From an uncultured Parachlamydiaceae bacterium (lineage in GTDB: Bacteria > Chlamydiota > Chlamydiia > Chlamydiales > Parachlamydiaceae), in NCBI GenBank assembly GCA_963742415.1, contig CAVULX010000003.1, positions 576,001 through 640,000 of the forward strand: 64,000 bases of DNA, given 5' to 3'. The notes below the pieces were generated by a model. The model was not told the DNA's origin, did not search any database, and worked only from the letters and a program-made list of their open reading frames with translations. Positions 20,588-28,811 of this stretch are shown one piece after another (positions within the stretch are counted from its first letter, which is position 1; every line of letters begins with the position of its first letter). The position numbers and the translations under genes are program-made.

Positions 20588-22213
20588 ATGTCAGTCTTAG
20601 AAGGTGTTCATTTGAAACAATCAGCTGAGTTCTCGACTCAGCTGGTTAATCCATTAGGAAATCAAGATAAATGCATTCGGAAAGTCTCTTTAGAAAATCT
20701 AAAATATATCCGTGATCAACATGAAAACGAAAAATCCTCAAAGATTGGAAAAAAGCGCCTCACAATACTTTTCACTGGGGATACCCACAGTAACTTAGAA
20801 CCATCTATTGCTTCTTTTGTATCTGAAAAAGCTCTTGGCGGCATAGTCCGTCGTATTCAATACTTAGAGCAAACTCGTGCGATTTCCAATCAACCTGTAT
20901 TAGTTTTAGATGCTGGCGACTTTCTTCAAGGAACAGCTTATTTTGAGCTGTTTGAAGGTGAAGCTGAAGTTAGATTTATGAATCAAGCAGGTTATAACGT
21001 AATCACTGTGGGCAATCACGATTTTGATTTAGGCTGGCCTCACTTGAAGAATCTCCTCAAACAAGGAAAATTTGATGCGATTTGTTCTAATGTATATTTG
21101 GAAGGGTGTTCGGAATCATGCCTGCCACCTTATGTGTTGTTAGAGATAAACAACCAACATATTGCTGTTGTAGGGATTATGGGAATGGATTCTTGGCAAT
21201 CAATACAACCAATACAAAGGAAAGGGTTAGAAATTAAAGAGCCATTAAAAGTTTTAGATCAAATTTTACCTGAAATTCGTCCCTATGTTGATCTTATTAT
21301 TCTATTGTCTCACTCTGGGATTAAAGAAGATAGAGAGCTTGCTAAGCATCCAATGGTAGATATTATCTTAGGCGGTCATTCTCATACTTGGATGACAGAA
21401 CAAGAATTAATCAAAAGCGTTACTAACAACACAAATGAAAAAATTACTTCAGTTTTTCATAGTTTTCGAAATGGAATGCTTGTTGGAAGAATGGATGTTA
21501 AATTTAAAGACGGAAAGTTTTCAAAAACCAAATCATCCATACAATATTTAGACGAGCAGTTCGATCCTAAAAATGATACTGTTTATCCTTCGGTGGAAAA
21601 AGCATCGTCATTGCTTAAGGAGTATCAAGAAAAATTAAAAATTTTCGAAACGCCCATAGGAGAATGTCTTGAGACACTTCCCACAAAAGATAAAGGATTG
21701 GGAGTAGTTCCAATTGGAGAACTCATTGCAAACATATTGCGAGAATGTGGAGAAGCTCATGTTGGAGTGATTCCGTCCGGTGCTATTAAAGTTGGTATCG
21801 AAAAAGGACCTTTTACTCTTGGAACACTTCATAGAGTTCTAGCTCATGCAATGCCTTTATGGGTATTAACTATAAAGGGTAGCTTACTTTTTTCTCTCAT
21901 GAAACAAGGAGAAGAGCGTTGGGGAAAACAAAGATGTTTCCAATATGCTGGAATTTCTATTAACAAGGAAGATTCAGAAATCGTTAATCTTTCCGTTTTA
22001 GGAATAGAACTCAATAGAAATGCCTTCTACAAAATTGCAGGGTCATCTTTTTTCTTTGAAAGGGAATTTATGGACGTGGATAAAAAAATTCTACCAGAAT
22101 ATTCAAATGATATTCAAAGCGTTGAAGAGAAATATTATGACTTAAGAATCCCATTCGCTGAAAAAATTAAAACAAATGGATTAGGCAAATGGATAAAAGG
22201 TGTCGGTCAGTGA
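20588..22213 (+). CDS. Bifunctional metallophosphatase / 5'-nucleotidase
   Basis: GDTH, DAGD, GNHD, LSH and GGHSH motifs plus C-terminal 5'-nucleotidase domain; no signal peptide. Confidence 0.92.
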   Translation: MSVLEGVHLKQSAEFSTQLVNPLGNQDKCIRKVSLENLKYIRDQHENEKSSKIGKKRLTILFTGDTHSNLEPSIASFVSEKALGGIVRRIQYLEQTRAISNQPVLVLDAGDFLQGTAYFELFEGEAEVRFMNQAGYNVITVGNHDFDLGWPHLKNLLKQGKFDAICSNVYLEGCSESCLPPYVLLEINNQHIAVVGIMGMDSWQSIQPIQRKGLEIKEPLKVLDQILPEIRPYVDLIILLSHSGIKEDRELAKHPMVDIILGGHSHTWMTEQELIKSVTNNTNEKITSVFHSFRNGMLVGRMDVKFKDGKFSKTKSSIQYLDEQFDPKNDTVYPSVEKASSLLKEYQEKLKIFETPIGECLETLPTKDKGLGVVPIGELIANILRECGEAHVGVIPSGAIKVGIEKGPFTLGTLHRVLAHAMPLWVLTIKGSLLFSLMKQGEERWGKQRCFQYAGISINKEDSEIVNLSVLGIELNRNAFYKIAGSSFFFEREFMDVDKKILPEYSNDIQSVEEKYYDLRIPFAEKIKTNGLGKWIKGVGQ

Positions 22214-22214
22214 C

Positions 22215-22378
22215 TATACCCAAACGACTTGAAAAATCGGAATTTAGGCTTAGCCAAAGCCTCGGGATTCGATCTTCCGGAATCGACCCAATATTATAAT
22301 ATGGGATCGATTCCGGAAGTCGAATCGCGAGAGCTTTCGCTTAAGCCTAAAACCGATTTTTCAAGTTGTTTGGGTATA
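22215..22378. mobile_element. 164-bp ERIC/MITE-like palindromic element, copy A
   Basis: tatacccaaac...gtttgggtata ends; whole element self-complementary. Confidence 0.85.
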
Positions 22379-22581
22379 ATTTCACTACAACAAAGCTCTC
22401 ATTCAAAAGGAAAGCATAACTATTTGGATTGCTGGGTATTCATTGCATAAAAGAAAGTGATAATAATATTTTATATTCGTTACTGTAAAAACTACTTGAT
22501 AGCAAAAGCAAACCTCAGTAGGCTGGACCACTCTATCAATTTATCGACTTAAATACCTAAAATTCAAAAAGGGGTATCTTT

Positions 22582-23595
22582 ATGAATTCAGTTCAAGGCG
22601 TTAGTGGGGAAGCTTTTGGAAATTTATTGCAAACTAAGTTTGTTTCAGGATCTATTCCTAATCAATCAAATATTAATCCTAAAGTTGAGATTATTAAAGG
22701 TAAAGCAGCTGATTTAGCATTAGCCATTTTTAATCCTGGAAAATCTGATTTATACCTAAGTGATGAATTAACATTTGGAAAATATTTTTCACAAGAGATC
22801 TATGGAGCAGGATTCACGAAAGGGCTTGCTGGAATTTGGGCCTATTTAATTTGTTTGGAAGAAGAATCTAATTCTTGTGATGACGAAAATGTCCGAAAAT
22901 TCTCTTTAGAAGTCAATAAAGCTTCAAATGATATATTTGAGCGCCTTTCCAAAAGTGATCGCCAATTATCTGATGTAAGAAAGAAATCAGAACAACTAGA
23001 CAATTATGGTGGATATTATGACATCACGAAACTTTCAGATAATCATCTCCATGATATTGCTCTCGAAGGATCTTTGATATATCCCTTGGAAATTGATCCT
23101 TATTCCGGTCATTTGGTTGCCAAGTTACCTAAGGAGCTTGCACAACAATTATTAGAAGCTTATCGATCTGAGATTGAGACACATCTCACAGAACAAGGGA
23201 GCAAGAATTTAGGTTTGCCAAACAATATTGGTTTTGTAGTCGTTGCATACAAGGATGAACTAACAAACACTCCACAAAATGTTTTAGACTCTATTTTAAA
23301 AAATAAAGTGACCGTTTCTTTCAAACAACCTTACATAGTTCCAGTGCGAGGAGATAATCGCTATTCCTTAGTCGCTTCTATTTTGGTGGAAGCACCAGAA
23401 ATTTCGATCATCAGAAAAGAACTCGGACTTGGTGAGCTTTACTCTCCAGGGCGGCCTCTGCGTTATACTTTCGGTGCTGTTCATAACATTCCTGCTGAAT
23501 ATGATAATGAAACACTTATCAAAAAATTAAGAACGTCAAATGCATTAAAGCCTTGGATGAATTTCATCGATGAGCATGTGACTAACAAGATATAA
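22582..23595 (+). CDS. Hypothetical protein, possible degenerate 2H-phosphoesterase-like C-terminal domain
   Basis: 337 aa; GFVVVAYKDE ... VEAPEISIIRKELGL ... LRYTFG pattern. Confidence 0.65.
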   Translation: MNSVQGVSGEAFGNLLQTKFVSGSIPNQSNINPKVEIIKGKAADLALAIFNPGKSDLYLSDELTFGKYFSQEIYGAGFTKGLAGIWAYLICLEEESNSCDDENVRKFSLEVNKASNDIFERLSKSDRQLSDVRKKSEQLDNYGGYYDITKLSDNHLHDIALEGSLIYPLEIDPYSGHLVAKLPKELAQQLLEAYRSEIETHLTEQGSKNLGLPNNIGFVVVAYKDELTNTPQNVLDSILKNKVTVSFKQPYIVPVRGDNRYSLVASILVEAPEISIIRKELGLGELYSPGRPLRYTFGAVHNIPAEYDNETLIKKLRTSNALKPWMNFIDEHVTNKI

Positions 23596-23642
23596 TGCAA
23601 TATTTGTGAAAGCTAGAAGCAATAACATGCTTCTGGCTCTTA

Positions 23643-23806
23643 TATACACAAGTGAACTCAAAAATCGGCATTTGGGCCGCGCGAAAGCTCCCGCGGTTAA
23701 AGGATCGTAAGTTCCCTAATATTAGAAATATGAGGGAACTTAAGATCCTTTAACCCCGGGGCTTTGGCGCAGCCGAAATACCGGTTTTTGAATTCACTTG
23801 TGTATA
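23643..23806. mobile_element. 164-bp ERIC/MITE-like palindromic element, copy B
   Basis: tatacacaagtg...cacttgtgtata ends; same length and architecture as copy A. Confidence 0.85.
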
Positions 23807-24409
23807 CATAAATAGCTTGCTCACTAAAGATTCTTCATTGACCGTTTAGTTTTGACTTGAAAAGATTTTTTGGCACATATTCTCAATTTCTTAACTTAGG
23901 CGTCATTCCAAAAGCTTACGAAAAAGCCACAAAATACCCTAGAAGTACTTGTTTTTCTTTTATTATTCATGTTTATGATATATTATAGGCTCCATGTCAA
24001 CACCCACAATATCACTTGAAATACTTCAAGCTCCGGTCAAAAACTCTACACCATTTGGTCTACGTGTTTAATCTTTTACATTTTTTCTATAACATGGCTG
24101 TCTTTAACTATTATTATCTCGGGTATTAAAATATCGTTATAAGTATTATCTTCTGATTTTAATCGGATTGTAACTATTCCAGGAGCTTCATTAAGTTTGT
24201 TGATATAACCAGAAATATGCACAATAAGTTCTCTTAACGACAATGTCAAAATAATTTCTTTATTTTTTAGAGCATCAAAAATAAATTAATTATGCAATAT
24301 AAATAGGGATATACATTTTCTAAGTTCAAGAAAAAAAATAATTATAATGGCTTTGCCAGAGGACTGACTTTGAAAATCTTTCGCTTTTTCATCAACAGGA
24401 TCGCAGATT

Positions 24410-24453
24410 TTTACTCAATGCGTTGAGTAAATTTACTCAACGTATTGAGTAAA
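24410..24453. promoter_or_regulatory. Tandem double palindrome, operator-like
   Basis: tttactcaa-tgcg-ttgagtaaa directly followed by tttactcaa-cgta-ttgagtaaa. Confidence 0.55.
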
Positions 24454-24559
24454 GTCAAGCGGACGCAATTCTATAGAGAGTATTTCTAAAGAAGCCATTA
24501 GAGAAAAAATCTCATCCCTCCTTGATTCCAAGGTTACAGTTTATGTTCTATATTTTAAT

Positions 24560-24581
24560 CTGTTCAATAAATATTGAACAG
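24560..24581. promoter_or_regulatory. Palindromic operator candidate upstream of the antitoxin
   Basis: ctgttcaata-aa-tattgaacag, about 30 nt before ATG 24612 (RBS aggagg at 24601). Confidence 0.55.
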
Positions 24582-24611
24582 TGTATATTAATGAACAGAT
24601 AGGAGGCTCGT

Positions 24612-25347
24612 ATGAAAGGTCGGTTTTTGATAGGTTCGAATGAAAAACCTGCTGGAAGGGAATATCTATTCTGACAAATCTGCTCTGATTCTTGATTGGC
24701 TTCTAAGAGAGGGCGTAAAAAGTCAAGAGTTATCCTTAAGGAAATGTGGCTAAAGAAACAGGTGTAAGTCTTGGATTGGTACAACGCGTTTTTGAAATTT
24801 TAGTTTTAAAAGGAATTTTGCAAACTGAAGGAATTAGAACTGCTAAAAAGTTTTTCCTTAAAGAATCCAAAACTTCTTCTTGAAAGCTGGCTAGAACAAT
24901 ATAGCATCGTCAAAAAATGCAAAATGAGAACCTATCGTTCAGGATTCCAAGATAAAGCAGAGCTTTTAGAAGCGCTCAAAAAGTCAAATCTTAAGCAAAA
25001 AGTAGCACTGGCTCTTCATTCTGCTGCTGAAGCTCATGGATGCAAAAACACTAATTTAAACACTCTTGAATTATACTTGCTTGATCCTTTGGTTAGACCA
25101 CAACTTGAGAAAAAGTTATTATTAGAACCTCAAGAAAGAGGTTATGAAGTTTTGCTTATAGAGCCTTACTACAAAAGCTTGCTTAAGAGCTGCTTACGAT
25201 TCAAATCAAGATATCAATGTCTCTCCTCCCATTTTGACTTTTTTGGATTTATATCACTTTCCCTTACGTGGGCAAGAGCAAGCAGAATTTATGGCAGAAC
25301 GCCTTCCCGAGCTTAAGCATATTTATAAAAGCGGTAAATCGTCATGA
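24612..25347 (+). pseudogene. Type IV TA antitoxin (AbiEi-like), frameshifted
   Basis: Fragments in several frames: HTH-like GVSLGLVQRVF and C-terminal SPILTFLDLYHFPLRGQEQAEF; TGA overlaps the next ATG. Confidence 0.7.
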
Positions 25348-26140
25348 TATCTAATCAAGAAGACAAAATCATTTCAGAGTTTTTAGATTCGATTGGTCCA
25401 TGGCGGGATACTGATCGTCATTGGAGGTGGTTTTGCACTCTTTATCTACAAACTTTACCTAGGCAGATCCAAAATTAAAGAATCCTACCAGTAGGAACAA
25501 GAGATATCGATTCTCTTATTCCACGGAAGATTCCAGAAATATCGAAAAAGAACATTCAAAATTACCTTCAAGAAGCAGGTTATAGCCACGTTTTTAAGGA
25601 TATAGACGATCCTGCAACAGAAGCCTATGTAAAGAAAATTGCAGGTACGGAGGTAGAAATCGAATTTTTGACGGACGAGTCAACCAGAAAAATAAAAATA
25701 AAAATGTTAAAATTGCTGGCATAGTTGCTCAACCACTTAGCTACTTAACTTTGAGTTAGCAAACAACCATAAAATTTCAGACATACTCAAACGTTATCGG
25801 CAATGTAGTGACACCAGGAGCTTGGATATTCCATAAAGGCCTTACATTTACTAAACGCAAAAGCACTTCAAAGACTTTTAAGGATCTTTATGGCATTTGG
25901 TATGTAACTTCTCAACTAGGCGATTTTTCTGAGCAGGCTCTAGATGAATTCAACGCATTGGCAAAACAGCATGCAAAATGGTTTAAAACTTTTCAGAAAA
26001 ATCTACAAACTTGGCTTAACAATACATCTCCAAGCGACTGGTCTAAGTTAGAAGCACAAGACCCTTCTGGCAGGCTACGAAGGCTTAATTTTGAACGAGC
26101 TTTAAAAATCTTGTTAAGTGAGCCTTTCGTGAGAACCTGA
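25344..26140 (+). pseudogene. Nucleotidyltransferase-fold toxin (GSU2403/AbiEii-like), frameshifted
   Basis: IGGGFAL, GTRDID, EIEFLTD and PGAWIFHKGL...KDLY fragments across frames. Confidence 0.75.
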
Positions 26141-26202
26141 ACTTTGGTTTTTTTTGTCCTTTGACGCTAGCCCAAAGGGTAAAAAAAACCAAAGTTCGGG
26201 TT
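26134..26202. terminator. Long hairpin between convergent genes
   Basis: aacctgaactttggttttttttgtcctttg / caaagggtaaaaaaaaccaaagttcgggtt. Confidence 0.6.
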
Positions 26203-26318
26203 AAGAGGGAGGGGCAAATAAATTCAGATGATCCGATCTATCAATTTGATATTTCTCAGGAATATGTAAACGAACTCGTCGATGCTGTCATGCAGATGGC
26301 ATTATAGTTAATTTTTGG

Positions 26319-26904
26319 TCAAGAGGCGAACTGATACAAGACAGAGCGGCCTAAGGAGCGGCGTTTGATGAACTGCAGGTGTTGCAGAGGAACCTTATCC
26401 AGGGGTATTTCTGAGGCTTCTTCAATGAAAAGCGTCCCCCCTTTTGTCAGGAGGGAACTTTCGTCAATCAGCCTCAATGTATGTTCGCTATAAGCCATTT
26501 CCGGTTCATTTTTTCCTTTCGAGCTCAGCCTGGCATAAGGGGGGTCGGCGTAAATGAGATCGAAATGGTTGTCTGCTTTGATCAGAAGCTTTATCTTTTC
26601 AAAAACATCCCCAAATAGGACTGTGGCTTGATTTTGCAATTCCAGTTCCTGAACATTCTGCTTGATACATTTGAATTGCTTCCCTGTGGTTGTCGACAAA
26701 GACTGCATGCTTGGCGCCGCGGCTTAGAGCTTCTAAACCCATGGCTCCTGATCCTGCAAAGAGATCCAAAAAATGGGCCTTCTCGATAGAAGCTTGACAA
26801 ATGTTGAAGACTGCTTCCCGCAACATGCCTGAAGTGGGGCGGGTATTTCCCCCTTTTGGCGTTCGTATGTTACGGTTTTTATAGATGCCGGCAATGATCC
26901 GCAT
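26319..26904 (-). pseudogene. rsmD: 16S rRNA m2G966 methyltransferase RsmD, split by one frameshift (real or sequencing error)
   Basis: MRIIAG...TRPT...LDLFAGSGAMGLEALSRGA in 26599-26904; DPPY in 26319-26708. Confidence 0.9.
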
Positions 26905-26912
26905 GGTGCGCC

Positions 26913-28811
26913 CTATTGGAAAGCCACTGGCACATTAAACGGAACCAAGATTTGTTGAGCTTCATGCAGATGAATGGGATTTCCATCATTTAGAAACCGG
27001 CCATAGTTTTCATAAGCCTGATAGAGGGCCAATTGTTTTTCGAGGTTTTCTGAATCCCCTTTTGCGGCTTTTCCAAAGGATGCAGTTTGTTTGATATCCA
27101 AAGATTTATCGTAGTATTTCCCTTGAAAAAAGAGGTAGAAGTCCTTCAATTGATCGGTTGTTCCATATAGGGTATAAGGACGATTCTGGTAAAGATTCGC
27201 GGCACATTTATTGGAGGGATAGACAGAAATTTTTTGCCCTGGTGTTTGGGTTAAGACAGCGATTTTCATCTCCTTGCCGATAGGGTTGCGGATTTCATGC
27301 ATGAGAGAGTGTAAAGCCTCATTGATGATTTGGTCTGTAGGAGCATAATATAAATTGCCTTGATTTAAAACACTGAGCAAATCGAGTAAAGCGACATTGT
27401 TCCCTTTGCCTGAGGCCACGCTGAACAAAGAGACCTTTCCTTCATTTTGAGATGTCCATCGGGAAATCATTTCCCTTTGTTTTCCGATTCCCAAGTAAGT
27501 ATCTCCATCGGATAAAAGGATGGCTGTATTTATTTCATTTTCAGCGACAGCATGAGGGATGATTTCCCCAAGGGAAGAATAGAGGTCTGTTGTAGCATAG
27601 GGGCCCCCGTGTTTTTGTTTCGCGATGAATTGTTGGGCGCGTGCCACATTGACAGGATTCCATGGGACGTTTTCGGGGGAAAATCGTTGGATTTTTTCAT
27701 CGAAGAAAAGCACGTTAAATGTATCCCCAGGCTGGAGCGTTGAGATCATTTTGGAGACAGCTTGCTTGGTCATTTCGAACCGATTGAAACGGATCGAGTG
27801 GGAGCGGTCGACCAAGAAAAAGACATTTTGAACGATTCTTTTAAATTTTGTATTCGGCTTTGGAAATAAAGTAAGCTTGAAAACATATCCATGACCATTA
27901 GATCTTGGGGCGTATTCCACCTTCAAGGTGAAATCGTTGCTGCTGGCGGCGGATTCTAATGAAGCGGTGTTAAAGCCCCGCAAACTATTTTTGTTTATGT
28001 TCGGTAGGTTTGCTTGCCTAGGTTTTGCCTGGAAATTGATGGTACTTGGTGCGGGGGCGGAACCGATGTTGGCTAAGGTTAAGATTGATCCATTTTGGCT
28101 TTGGGGGATATCGATTAGACCTTGATCCAACAAGCCTGAGCGATTGTTGAAAGAGGTGGTAGTCAAGAGAGGAGCTGTTTCAGAGGTTCCCGCCTGAATA
28201 CTGTTTGCTGTTGTTACAGTTTCTGTGGGTGCGGCCTTTAGGCTCCCTTGAGCTTCCTCAGTGGCTTTGATGAGTTCATTCACCAGTTCTTGGTTTTGCA
28301 AGAATAGGATATCAACGACATTCTCTTGCCTATAATTTGAAGTTGAGTTTTCAGAAAGAGCCTCCCTAGCAGCTTGGATTGGGGAGATACGCTCCATTGC
28401 TTGAAGTTCGGCGCTTGATTTTTTAAAAGAATCCAAGCCATGTTCATCGAAAGACAGGTTTGTATCAACGGCATCGATATCTATTTTGGAATAAGCCTGC
28501 TCCTGATCTTTTAGATCAAAATTTAAAGTCTCAATTTTTTCAAGGCGAGGAGGGCTCATCTCTTTAAAAAAGGTTGTCAACATTTGATGGCGCCGTTTTT
28601 CTTCCGCTTTTTTTGCTTTTGCCTCATCGGAAGAAGAGATATCCTTTTTTTGATTTTCCCATAGGGCGTTTACGGAGGAATAAAAAGCGATATCGATATT
28701 TTGCAGCCAGAAAAAGGCTGCAAGATGAAAGAGAATGGCAATCAAGAAGGCGATGCCAATGATGGCCTTCGAATTGAACTGCTTAAATTTAACCACGGTT
28801 TCTAAATTCAT
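26913..28811 (-). CDS. Membrane-anchored VWA domain protein
   Basis: N-terminal TM helix; MIDAS DRSHS and LLSDG. Confidence 0.85.
   Translation of the reverse strand: MNLETVVKFKQFNSKAIIGIAFLIAILFHLAAFFWLQNIDIAFYSSVNALWENQKKDISSSDEAKAKKAEEKRRHQMLTTFFKEMSPPRLEKIETLNFDLKDQEQAYSKIDIDAVDTNLSFDEHGLDSFKKSSAELQAMERISPIQAAREALSENSTSNYRQENVVDILFLQNQELVNELIKATEEAQGSLKAAPTETVTTANSIQAGTSETAPLLTTTSFNNRSGLLDQGLIDIPQSQNGSILTLANIGSAPAPSTINFQAKPRQANLPNINKNSLRGFNTASLESAASSNDFTLKVEYAPRSNGHGYVFKLTLFPKPNTKFKRIVQNVFFLVDRSHSIRFNRFEMTKQAVSKMISTLQPGDTFNVLFFDEKIQRFSPENVPWNPVNVARAQQFIAKQKHGGPYATTDLYSSLGEIIPHAVAENEINTAILLSDGDTYLGIGKQREMISRWTSQNEGKVSLFSVASGKGNNVALLDLLSVLNQGNLYYAPTDQIINEALHSLMHEIRNPIGKEMKIAVLTQTPGQKISVYPSNKCAANLYQNRPYTLYGTTDQLKDFYLFFQGKYYDKSLDIKQTASFGKAAKGDSENLEKQLALYQAYENYGRFLNDGNPIHLHEAQQILVPFNVPVAFQ

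Noticed and set aside
22229-22450. 73-aa ORF
   Set aside because: Mostly read through the 164-bp palindromic element; likely spurious
24071-24290. ~70-codon minus-strand open stretch (IFDALKNKEIIL...)
   Set aside because: No clear start or RBS and no family recognised
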